From a virus (lineage: Duplodnaviria > Caudoviricetes): a DNA stretch of 47,296 nt. Below, piece by piece: positions 27,738 through 35,887 of this stretch. Location: IMG/VR virus record IMGVR_UViG_3300021411_000010, positions 1 to 47,296 of that record; one strand, 5' to 3'. The translations under genes and the position numbers were made by a program. Positions within the stretch are counted from its first letter, which is position 1. Each line of letters opens with the position of its first letter. Below the pieces are notes generated by a model. It had not been told where the DNA came from, made no database searches, and was given only the letters and a program-made list of their open reading frames with translations.

Positions 27738-28651
27738 TAACTTGTTCCATCTGAAAGATTCTTTGTAACATCCCAAGGTTCAGCAATAATATATTCATTT
27801 TCTAATTTATTATCTTTAGCCTCCTGTCCAGAAGAATCACAGATTGAGTAATATTCACAAAGACGATTGAACTTATTACAACTCGTAGGCTTCTCAACCC
27901 ATACTCCTGTAGCTACTGCTGTGAGATATTCATTCAATATCATCTTAGTTAAGTTGTCTTTCCAATCGTTGATATAGATTGGGTCGTATGAAAGAGGAAG
28001 GCGTTTGAACTTATCTTCTGCCTTTAGAGTCTTTTGTAAACCTATTCTATTAATAACTATATAATTAGATTCCACAGCATTACAATAGTTGATGAATTGA
28101 TTACTTTTTCTCAAGAGCATTGAATCACGAGAAAATGTCTTATGATCCATAGGAAGCCGTTCGTATGATGCGTTACGACCTATTCCTGTGAAATCTACAA
28201 GAAGATCTATCTTACCTGAAATAATAATTCTTATTGAATCATCCTCATATAATACGTATGCAAAAGGATTCTCTACAGCAAGGATTTTTAAGGAATTCTC
28301 ATCTTCAGCTCTCCAATAATCACAACTTTGTTCAATAGCAGAGAGAAGAACAGAAACTTCATCTGGGTCACTGTTACTTTCTTCAGGGTTACAAGAAAGT
28401 TCTCTAATTTTCATAAGGCAGGCTTGCATACGGTCATTATAATGTGTTCCAGAAGCTAATTCTTTGTAATATACTTCTAATCCTCCGTGAGCTAAACTTC
28501 CTAAATCCAACGCTTTAGCTTTGTGTATGATTGGTAATGTTCTATTATGATTATGTCTGAAGTTATATCTGGCAGGACATGTCTCGAAAAGGTCTATCTT
28601 ACTCGCATCTAATATAATCGTAGCCTTTGAAGACGGAATAATGTCAGTCAT
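27737..28651 (-). CDS. PD-(D/E)xK exonuclease, Cas4/AddB-like
   Basis: FETCPARY, GSLAH, AVE, GKIDLL, MDHKT, and C-terminal C-x6-C-x5-C cysteines. Confidence 0.85.
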   Translation of the reverse strand: MTDIIPSSKATIILDASKIDLFETCPARYNFRHNHNRTLPIIHKAKALDLGSLAHGGLEVYYKELASGTHYNDRMQACLMKIRELSCNPEESNSDPDEVSVLLSAIEQSCDYWRAEDENSLKILAVENPFAYVLYEDDSIRIIISGKIDLLVDFTGIGRNASYERLPMDHKTFSRDSMLLRKSNQFINYCNAVESNYIVINRIGLQKTLKAEDKFKRLPLSYDPIYINDWKDNLTKMILNEYLTAVATGVWVEKPTSCNKFNRLCEYYSICDSSGQEAKDNKLENEYIIAEPWDVTKNLSDGTS

Positions 28652-28952
28652 TGATTAATTCCTTCGTAGAATTTGGATAACTCCTAAATCTCTTAATACC
28701 ATTCTGAAATGTTCTTCTTTCCCACTCCATTCTAAATATTGTTAACCATGCTATCTTAACAGTTTCCATTGCTCTACATTTTGTATAACCCATACCCATC
28801 AGAAATAATGCACTATTTCGAATATGTTTATCTTCCATATCTTTAACGTAGATTAATTCTCTCTCTTTAGTTCTCCATTGAATGGTAGATAATATATCTT
28901 TTGTGATAGTAACATAAACTATTTCTGCATCAACAAAATCTTCGTCAATCAT
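28644..28952 (-). CDS. Hypothetical protein
   Basis: WRTKE...VKDMEDKHIRN; start MIDEDF follows a GAGG SD. Confidence 0.65.
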   Translation of the reverse strand: MIDEDFVDAEIVYVTITKDILSTIQWRTKERELIYVKDMEDKHIRNSALFLMGMGYTKCRAMETVKIAWLTIFRMEWERRTFQNGIKRFRSYPNSTKELIND

Positions 28953-29136
28953 TGTTGTATTTTTCCTCTCGTGTCTTTTTATAAAACCAATCTTTACAGT
29001 TTGCACTCTTATTAAATACCCAAATATTTTTACATTTCTGACATTTAAATGCCCACATTAATACACCTTCTCTAACTGTATCTAATGCTTTATAGTCACA
29101 GTTAGGACATTCTTTATTAGTCGTTAACTCTTTCAT
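28945..29136 (-). CDS. Zinc-ribbon protein
   Basis: CPNC...CQKC; ATG overlaps the upstream stop. Confidence 0.6.
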   Translation of the reverse strand: MKELTTNKECPNCDYKALDTVREGVLMWAFKCQKCKNIWVFNKSANCKDWFYKKTREEKYNND

Positions 29137-29285
29137 CGCGATGGCGCTTTCTGAATCATCGCAACGGCGACAAGAGCTTCCGGCCGTGTAGACTTTCCGC
29201 AATACTGACAATCGAAGAATACTTCGATATCACCATGCTTCTCTTTCATGGCATGTAGGAGTTCAATCGCTCGTTGAATAGTCAA
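29133..29285 (-). CDS. Small CxxC protein (50 aa; not in ORF track)
   Basis: TTG start after GAGG; MTIQRAIELL...FDCQYCGK; coupled at both ends. Confidence 0.55.
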   Translation of the reverse strand: MTIQRAIELLHAMKEKHGDIEVFFDCQYCGKSTRPEALVAVAMIQKAPSR

Positions 29286-29458
29286 TTTTCGCTTTCCTCT
29301 ATTATACTGATGCTAATGTGATGATTTGGATGTTGTACCATGTGAGTATAAGCATCGCTAAATGAATCAAATTCATATTCTAACAACTCAAATCCTGGCA
29401 TACCTAATCTATCTTTATTAATATGTTGACAATCATGACAAACTAAACGAACAATCAT
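29282..29458 (-). CDS. Small CxxC/His protein (58 aa; not in ORF track)
   Basis: MIVRLVCHDC...HMVQHPNHH; ATGA coupling with the upstream gene. Confidence 0.55.
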   Translation of the reverse strand: MIVRLVCHDCQHINKDRLGMPGFELLEYEFDSFSDAYTHMVQHPNHHISISIIEESEN

Positions 29459-29694
29459 TTTGTCCTCTTAAATGAAAATTTGTTAATTTCATCTTTCTTA
29501 TCTATTTCGTAATTTTCACCTTGTTGTTGCTTCTTCCATTCTGCTCTTTCTTGTTTAGAACGTCCTTGACTATCTCTTGTACCTCTGCATTGAGGATAAG
29601 AACGACATCCCCAGAATGTTCCATACTGACCTGTACGAGACATCATCTGTCCGCCACAATCAGGACAGAGAGTTTCTTCGTATTTAAAGCTCAT
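29455..29694 (-). CDS. Stand-alone topoisomerase-type C4 zinc ribbon protein
   Basis: CPDCGGQMMSRTGQYGTFWGCRSYPQCRGT. Confidence 0.85.
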   Translation of the reverse strand: MSFKYEETLCPDCGGQMMSRTGQYGTFWGCRSYPQCRGTRDSQGRSKQERAEWKKQQQGENYEIDKKDEINKFSFKRTK

Positions 29695-29810
29695 TTGTTC
29701 ACCTTATTCAAAATGAGTTGAGCTAAATCTAATACATCTTCAAATGAAAGATTTGGGAATCTTTTCTTTAAAATCTTAGCTATTTCAGTAAGTTTTTGAC
29801 TCTCAGTCAT
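29691..29810 (-). CDS. Small hypothetical protein (39 aa; not in ORF track)
   Basis: MTESQKLTEIAKILKKRFPNL...; overlaps both neighbours. Confidence 0.5.
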   Translation of the reverse strand: MTESQKLTEIAKILKKRFPNLSFEDVLDLAQLILNKVNK

Positions 29811-30414
29811 ATTTTACATTTTCATAAAAATTATTAATTTTATATAATATGTCTTCTAACTCTTTCTTATCCTTATAATATATGTATCCTAGAGAAGTTT
29901 TTGTATTATCTTCTTCATTTTCATAATAACTATATTTATTAATATTAATTCTACTAGTAAGTTTAGTTAATTCAATTTCTTCTCTAATAAGCTTTGGAAT
30001 AGGATGAGGAAAGACTTTCCATACAGCCTCAACCCTCTGCATTAATCTAGCTGAAGATTTGATATCTAATGGAGTCTTTGAGTGGTTGTCACAGATGAAT
30101 ATCTCTTTGTTTGTGACCTCAACTGCAACTACATGATGAGGAACGAAGACTACATATAGTCCAGCTTGACTACGAAGTCTATACAAGACTCCATAGAGAC
30201 TTGAACCTGAATGATTTGTTACTTCTACATCAAACTTTAGTCTCTTAAATGCTTCTCGAAGATGTCCTCTATCAACGGCTTTAATCTCTTTCTCGCCACT
30301 TATAGCACTGATAACGGCTGCACATCTATCTGTAGATTCTCCTGTTAAAATACTAAGAACAGCTGGACCACAATATTGATTCAATCCAAAGTTAACTTCT
30401 TTAAGATTTGTCAT
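29803..30414 (-). CDS. Papain-like cysteine peptidase (C39-like)
   Basis: QYCGPAVL (Cys), HHVVAV (His), ICDN (Asp). Confidence 0.6.
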   Translation of the reverse strand: MTNLKEVNFGLNQYCGPAVLSILTGESTDRCAAVISAISGEKEIKAVDRGHLREAFKRLKFDVEVTNHSGSSLYGVLYRLRSQAGLYVVFVPHHVVAVEVTNKEIFICDNHSKTPLDIKSSARLMQRVEAVWKVFPHPIPKLIREEIELTKLTSRININKYSYYENEEDNTKTSLGYIYYKDKKELEDILYKINNFYENVKYD

Positions 30415-30437
30415 TATTATTTCTTCCTATAAAATCT

Positions 30438-30608
30438 TTAGAAGTTTTCCACTTCTTCACCTGTTGTTTCAATCTTCTTAATTCCATAGTGATGATTATC
30501 TGGAGTTGATAATGAGTCTCCTACAGCTTCGATGAACTCTTCTAAAGTTGGAACATTACTGTTGGTTTCATCTACTTCAATAAACGTTATGAGTTTGTAA
30601 GTTTTCAT
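30438..30608 (-). CDS. Small acidic protein (56 aa; not in ORF track)
   Basis: MKTYKLITFIEVDE...; ATGA coupling with the upstream gene. Confidence 0.55.
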   Translation of the reverse strand: MKTYKLITFIEVDETNSNVPTLEEFIEAVGDSLSTPDNHHYGIKKIETTGEEVENF

Positions 30609-31231
30609 CTTATTTTTCCTTTGAGCTGCTCCGCTTGAGTCATCTTTTTATTTATTTTTAAATCTTTAAATTCAATTATATTACAATCATATTCTTTTGC
30701 TAAATTTTCAATTATTTGATTAATATGATTTGCAAATTCTATAGTTTTGGAATCTGTAAACCATTCAGAATCTCTATCTAATATAACTAGATGAGTTGGA
30801 ATGACGAATTCTGAACGATAACCCTCATTATATGAGAAAATTCTACCCCATAATTTAATTTTAAGTTCTATAGTATAAAAATTATTATAACCATAAGAAT
30901 AATTCTTATAATTATAAGAATAATAATAACTATTATAATAATTTTTATAATTATAATAATTATAAGAATAATTCTTATGATAATTATAATTATTATGGTT
31001 ATAATAATTTTTATATGAGTAAATACCTTTTGAATTTTCTTTTGTAGGATTTGCTCTTATTATTTCTTTTTTATTCCAAATAAAATCTTGATTAATTGAT
31101 TTAAGAAATTTTTCATTATTATTGAATACATTAGTGATATAATTTGATCTATATCCAATTAATGCTTCTGATTCAGTAAGATCTAATTCACTTATGATTT
31201 TTGATGAATTACCAAATTGACACATTTTCAT
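30605..31231 (-). CDS. Phage protein (IGYR...GIYS...LWG...GYRSE type) with an internal Asn/Tyr low-complexity tract
   Basis: Conserved-looking motifs on both sides of a ~45-aa N/Y tract; AAGGAG SD. Confidence 0.7.
   Translation of the reverse strand: MKMCQFGNSSKIISELDLTESEALIGYRSNYITNVFNNNEKFLKSINQDFIWNKKEIIRANPTKENSKGIYSYKNYYNHNNYNYHKNYSYNYYNYKNYYNSYYYSYNYKNYSYGYNNFYTIELKIKLWGRIFSYNEGYRSEFVIPTHLVILDRDSEWFTDSKTIEFANHINQIIENLAKEYDCNIIEFKDLKINKKMTQAEQLKGKIR
30874..31015. repeat. Quasi-palindromic AT-rich element bounded by a perfect 23-bp inverted repeat
   Basis: TATAAAAATTATTATAACCATAA (30874-30896) is the exact reverse complement of 30993-31015; a 20-bp palindrome lies at 30902-30921. Confidence 0.9.
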
Positions 31232-31346
31232 TCTCCTTAATTAACTACGATTGAATCTCTTTCATTACAAACTTCTTAGCAGATGCAACGATTGTGTGGT
31301 TTAATTTCACGTTTACATTTAGGACAATATTTTAATTCTTCAGTCA

Positions 31347-32936
31347 TTACAAACTCCAAGCTTTCTTTCCTCTTGTTACAAGAATTTCAGCCAATTCCTT
31401 CATAAGACTCTGCTGGTCCCAAGCAATTTCTTTGTTGTCTAATGTGCTTGCTACAATTGAACGTTTAACTTCTACTAATTCTGTGAAATATTCATCTATC
31501 GTTCCGCTAGCTAACATATATGTGATAGATACATTATTCAACTGACCGAATCTGTGAAATCTTGCTTCTGCTTGTTCTTCGTTTGCAGGATTCCACTGCC
31601 TCTCTAGGATAACGGCATCGGAACAGAATTGAAGATTTATTCCTTCTCCAGCCGCTAACGTAGATGCTATCATTACTCTTCGACTAGGGTCATCTTTGAA
31701 ATCTTTTACTAGCTGACTCCTAGCGTTCCCATCTAATCCAGCGTGTAGAGTACAAACCTTACCAAATCCACCGGCAGCTAACCATGAATCTAATTGAACT
31801 CTTAGTATCTCCATCACATCTTGATGATGTGTGAATACTACCATCTTTCTTTCTGTACTTAGAAGAAATTCAATTACAAAATCAACACACTCAGTGACTT
31901 TGCTTATGCCTGTAATATGTCTTAGCTTCTGCATTATTGCTATCTTAGCGGCTCCGCCTGAGAATGAATTACCTTCATCACTATAAAGTAAATCATCTAA
32001 TTCCTGTAGAGCAGATTCGTATGCTTTATTGAGTTTACGGTCAAGTTCTACGTGATGAAATTTCCTATCTATACTTGGCAAATCTTTTAAAACTTCATTC
32101 TTTGTTCGTCTAATGATTATGTCTTTAGTATCTTCGTGAAATCTATCAGCATCCTTTAACCCTCCAATTTTCTGTCCCCAACCGTTAGAATAGGCATCAC
32201 AGTAGTTATCTATAAATTTCTGATAGTGAGGGAAGACAGTTGGTTTGACTAGATTAAGAACGGTGAAATATTCACCAGCGTTATTCTTAATTGGTGTTCC
32301 ACTCATAGGAAGAATATGCTTTGTAACCCTACCTAACCTCTGAACGGCTTTCGCTCTATCACTTAGATGATTTTTAATTCTCTGACATTCATCTATGATT
32401 AAAGTTTTGATATGTCCTTCTGGAAGGAAAGAGAACATATCTGTATTCTTTAACATATCATATGTGACTACATAAATCTTAAAGCCAGGCATTGCTCTTT
32501 CTTTACCTGACTGAATAACCTGTGTAAGGAATTCTTTACCGTTGCCGCAAATACGGTGAATCTCAAACATCCATTGCAATTTAACTGTTGAGGGACAAAC
32601 AACTACGGCGGGTAAAAGCTTCTCTTGATGTAGACGTAGGAGACTAAGAACTTCTATTGTCTTACCTAAACCCTGTTCATCAGCTATTATACAACGTGCA
32701 TCAGCTTCTTCAGCGAATTTAACAGCATCTATCTGGTAGGGGCGAGGACGGCAACCATCTGAGAATACTATTGTTTCGTAGCTCGTTTCACTCGCTACAC
32801 CTAGAATCTCAGAATGAAGAATGTGACCACAAGCTAATTTGATGATTAATGTTTTACCAATCTTCATCCTAGACTGCTCAACGGCTATCTTCTTACACGT
32901 AGGACACTCTTGACGTATGATTTGTGTAAGGGACAT
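31347..32936 (-). CDS. SNF2-family helicase (HARP/SMARCAL1-like) with an N-terminal zinc finger
   Basis: ADEQGLGKT, DECQ, SGTP, GEGINL, WNP and QAEARFHRFGQ motifs. Confidence 0.92.
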   Translation of the reverse strand: MSLTQIIRQECPTCKKIAVEQSRMKIGKTLIIKLACGHILHSEILGVASETSYETIVFSDGCRPRPYQIDAVKFAEEADARCIIADEQGLGKTIEVLSLLRLHQEKLLPAVVVCPSTVKLQWMFEIHRICGNGKEFLTQVIQSGKERAMPGFKIYVVTYDMLKNTDMFSFLPEGHIKTLIIDECQRIKNHLSDRAKAVQRLGRVTKHILPMSGTPIKNNAGEYFTVLNLVKPTVFPHYQKFIDNYCDAYSNGWGQKIGGLKDADRFHEDTKDIIIRRTKNEVLKDLPSIDRKFHHVELDRKLNKAYESALQELDDLLYSDEGNSFSGGAAKIAIMQKLRHITGISKVTECVDFVIEFLLSTERKMVVFTHHQDVMEILRVQLDSWLAAGGFGKVCTLHAGLDGNARSQLVKDFKDDPSRRVMIASTLAAGEGINLQFCSDAVILERQWNPANEEQAEARFHRFGQLNNVSITYMLASGTIDEYFTELVEVKRSIVASTLDNKEIAWDQQSLMKELAEILVTRGKKAWSL

Positions 32937-33631
32937 TATTTCTTCTCAAATGGATTGAATACTGGTTTACTAATTTCTATTTGCTTAGTGGTAGGAGGAA
33001 GATTCTTCTTTTCTTTCTTATCTTCCTGAACTGTAAGGATGGCAGCGGCACCGGTCTTTTGGTCTGCTTCCTTCTCTGCCTCTAGTTGAGTCATTCCAGA
33101 TGTCATAAATAACTTAACTAAAGTTTGTCTAATCTTTTCTTTACCTGTTAGTCTCTTTTGTCTTTCCTTAATCGTATTGATAGCATCTGTAGTTGCTTCA
33201 TCTGTGTTTAGGCTACGTTCAAATCCTTTTGTTTTTTCATTCTTCTTAGAACGTTTATCTTCCTCGTCCGTAGCAGCTGTGTGTCTAGCTCTAGCTTCAA
33301 ATGATATTCTTCCTAATTCTTCTCTATGTGCTCGAAGCTCAAGAATATTCATATCTCTTACTAGTAACTTCTCATGATAGAATAGTTTTGAGAAGAGCTT
33401 CTCTTGTGCTGTTAGACTGTTATTAGAATCAATCTTATTCTCAAACTCTTTCTGACTCATCTCATCTTCTTTTGTCATTGTTTCTCCAATATGTCTAACA
33501 AATACGTCTCTAACGTAATACTTATCTGGATTGTATATTGTTTCATTAAAATTAATCTTACAATATACACAGTATCCATTTAATTCTCCTAATTCTTCCT
33601 GACATTTTGGACAAAGCCATGTTAAACTCAT
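32936..33631 (-). CDS. Hypothetical protein with N-terminal zinc ribbon and coiled coil
   Basis: CPKC...CVYC; charged helices; ends in PVFNPFEKK. Confidence 0.7.
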   Translation of the reverse strand: MSLTWLCPKCQEELGELNGYCVYCKINFNETIYNPDKYYVRDVFVRHIGETMTKEDEMSQKEFENKIDSNNSLTAQEKLFSKLFYHEKLLVRDMNILELRAHREELGRISFEARARHTAATDEEDKRSKKNEKTKGFERSLNTDEATTDAINTIKERQKRLTGKEKIRQTLVKLFMTSGMTQLEAEKEADQKTGAAAILTVQEDKKEKKNLPPTTKQIEISKPVFNPFEKK

Positions 33632-33655
33632 GTGTTTGTGATGTTAAACTCATGT
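33619..33655. repeat. 15-bp direct repeat ATGTTAAACTCATGT x2, 22-bp period, over a start codon
   Basis: Copies at 33619-33633 and 33641-33655. Confidence 0.8.
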
Positions 33656-33708
33656 CTCTGCTAATCACTGTGACTGTGACCCTGAATCTAACACGGCTTT
33701 TACCTACT

Positions 33709-34017
33709 CTATTCTCTTTCTACTTGTGGTAGGTTAGCGGCTTCGGCAACTGATACGAATTTAATCGTCCGTGTTGCTTTTAGAAGAGTAGCAAGTTTGA
33801 ATACGAGACTTGCTGGAATTTCTACTTCATCAAATTCCAGCTCACCCTCGCTGCCTTGAACAGGAGTGGCTTGTCCTGTAATCAGCACTCTTCCATTCTC
33901 TTGAATCTTAGCGTGGATGCCGTAGTGTTCTACACTTAGCGGCTGATGCACATACCTCTTTACCATTCCTTCCTTGTTCTCATTCTGCATAGTGGGATTG
34001 TTTCTAAACTGTGTCAT
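33709..34017 (-). CDS. Hypothetical protein
   Basis: ORF with a GGGAG SD. Confidence 0.7.
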   Translation of the reverse strand: MTQFRNNPTMQNENKEGMVKRYVHQPLSVEHYGIHAKIQENGRVLITGQATPVQGSEGELEFDEVEIPASLVFKLATLLKATRTIKFVSVAEAANLPQVERE

Positions 34018-34204
34018 TTTTGTCTCCCTCTGGAAATGTGATATTGTTAATTACGCTTACATAGTCCAAATCACCTACATTATCTGATAATAATTGCTCT
34101 GTAAGAATATATTTAATATGTTCTTTAAAATTCTCCTCTGTACATCCTGCAATCTCCTTGTAGTCTGTAATAACTTCTAATTCTAATTCTACTTTAACTC
34201 GCAT
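34004..34204 (-). CDS. Small acidic protein
   Basis: GGAG SD. Confidence 0.6.
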   Translation of the reverse strand: MRVKVELELEVITDYKEIAGCTEENFKEHIKYILTEQLLSDNVGDLDYVSVINNITFPEGDKNDTV

Positions 34205-34225
34205 ATTTACTCCAAAGAATCATAC

Positions 34226-34576
34226 TCATCTCCTGTAACATCTTACTGATGGCTTCGATGGACTTGAAGAATCAAAACAAATGAAGTAGTTAAACTCGTT
34301 CACTGCATACTTAATCCTATAATACCAAGCTGGATAGCTTATGACTCTGTGACAGAGACAGCAACGAATTTGGAATGGATTGAGAACACTCAAATGTTCC
34401 GGCTGTCCGAGTAGTAAGCTAGCTTTTCGAATCACGGAGGATTGTAGCCGAGCGGCACCCGAAGAAAAACTAAGAACGTCTCTTATGTTTGTATTTATCT
34501 TAATTTCTTTCTCTTCTGCACAACCGAATCTTTCTATTGAAGAAAGTATTTGGTTCTTCAATTGTTCGTCTATCAT
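34226..34576 (-). CDS. Cys-containing hypothetical protein, first gene of the - arm
   Basis: CCLC...ICF...CY; AGGA SD. Confidence 0.65.
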   Translation of the reverse strand: MIDEQLKNQILSSIERFGCAEEKEIKINTNIRDVLSFSSGAARLQSSVIRKASLLLGQPEHLSVLNPFQIRCCLCHRVISYPAWYYRIKYAVNEFNYFICFDSSSPSKPSVRCYRR

Positions 34577-34599
34577 GATGGGTTCCTGGTGGGTGCGGG

Positions 34600-34985
34600 G
34601 GGCGGTTGTGGCTGGTTGCGGTGCGTTGCGGTGCGTTGACCGGACGGCGTAAGCCCTTTGGTGTCAACAGTTAGCACGGGTTTCGGGCATGCGTCAGCGT
34701 GCATGCCTCAGTGTAGCAGACTAGCCCCGTCGCTGTCAAGGGCCGGGGGTGGGCTCTTTATATATTATATTATATATATATAATAATATATAAAAATATA
34801 TATAAAAAAGACCCAGCGGGGGAGGGGAAAGGTGTGGGGGGGGTCTGGACACCCTGACAGAGAAAACGGCCTGAATCGAACCTAACTACCTGTGTTGTCA
34901 ACAGGTTAGCTGTCGGTCTGAGCGAGCTGTAACGTCTGCGCAACGTGCCTCAACGTGCGACAACGTGCGACAGCAACCGTCAAAA
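34600..34985. other. Symmetric control region (candidate replication origin or genome-end region)
   Basis: 53-nt pure A/T core (34757-34809) flanked by G tracts; inverted 10-bp-period CAACG arrays; duplicated TGTCAACAG(G)TTAGC. Confidence 0.6.
34710..34739 (-). promoter_or_regulatory. Sigma70-type promoter for the - (early/replication) arm
   Basis: TTGACA-18 nt-TACACT with TGc extended -10. Confidence 0.65.
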
Positions 34986-35023
34986 TTTTTTGCTCCTTGC
35001 GTAAGAATCTTCTGAAATTAACC

Positions 35024-35053
35024 TTGACAACCAATCCTGTTTTGTGAGATTAT
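35024..35053 (+). promoter_or_regulatory. Probable sigma70-type promoter for 35093..35569
   Basis: Perfect TTGACA; the -10 is only partial (TGa-GATTAT). Confidence 0.45.
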
Positions 35054-35092
35054 TCCCCTGTCGGTATTTCCCGACCTTGAAGGAGACATATC

Positions 35093-35569
35093 ATGACAAC
35101 CAAGGCAGAAGAGACGAAAACGGCGAAGGAAGCAACCAAGGAAGCACTTAAGGCCCGTGAAAAGGACATGGCCGAGAGAGAAAAGGTTTTGAATGAGGGG
35201 AAGACTGGCAAGGGAACGAGAGTATTTCTCGGTCTTTCCAGGGGTCGCAATCCACAGGAAATTCAATTCGAGAATTGGGATGAATCGTTGCCGGAAACGC
35301 TCCCTGTGTCTCTCTCTGAGTTTATGGATTTGACAAAGGTGTCGGAAGAGAAGGACATTGTTCGTCGGCTCATTCTCGGTGACAACGAGATTAGGTATTC
35401 GGAAGCATCAGACCCGATTGCTGAATTTGTCGATGCCACTTGGCCGGATGATGTTCAGAAACAGTTCCGGCTTGTTGTGCGTAACTACTCCAACGCGACA
35501 AACGTTTCCATCGAGGATGCCGTAGCGCTCATCAAGCCGGGTATCGTAGCAGCTCAGACAAAGAAATAA
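35093..35569 (+). CDS. Hypothetical protein, monocistronic, GC-rich codon usage
   Basis: AAGGAG SD; about 50% GC with many G/C-ending codons; own promoter and downstream hairpin. Confidence 0.85.
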   Translation: MTTKAEETKTAKEATKEALKAREKDMAEREKVLNEGKTGKGTRVFLGLSRGRNPQEIQFENWDESLPETLPVSLSEFMDLTKVSEEKDIVRRLILGDNEIRYSEASDPIAEFVDATWPDDVQKQFRLVVRNYSNATNVSIEDAVALIKPGIVAAQTKK

Positions 35570-35579
35570 CACTGCCAGT

Positions 35580-35629
35580 GGGAATGGCTGCCAGTCTTAA
35601 TTGATTGGCAACCATTCTCTTCCTCTCTT
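35580..35629 (+). terminator. Hairpin/terminator after 35093..35569
   Basis: GGGAATGG-C-TGCCAGTC-loop-GATTGGCA-A-CCATTCTC followed by a pyrimidine run. Confidence 0.65.
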
Positions 35630-35837
35630 AGAAACTAACCCTAACCATACACCCATAGGGCACCATAGATTAGGGACTCTATTGACGTTACAGTCCGGAC
35701 TATTAACCCCGCTCTAATAATACCTCGTAATAATACCCCACTCTAATATTACTAACTTTATAAATAAAAATAAAAATAAAATAAAAATAAAACATCTGAA
35801 ACTTTCAGTATCAACAAAAACACCAATAAAAAAGACC

Positions 35838-35866
35838 TTGACAGAGCCGCTAAGCTGTGCTATGAT
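35838..35866 (+). promoter_or_regulatory. Near-consensus sigma70 promoter for the packaging/structural arm
   Basis: TTGACA-17 nt-TATGAT with TGc extension; upstream A tracts (35761-35833) resemble UP elements. Confidence 0.8.
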
Positions 35867-35887
35867 GCAAGCTGAGGCGTAGTGTAA

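Noticed and set aside
30874-31015. DGR template/variable repeat or MITE
   Set aside because: No reverse transcriptase or transposase, no second copy differing only at adenines, and no clear target-site duplication.
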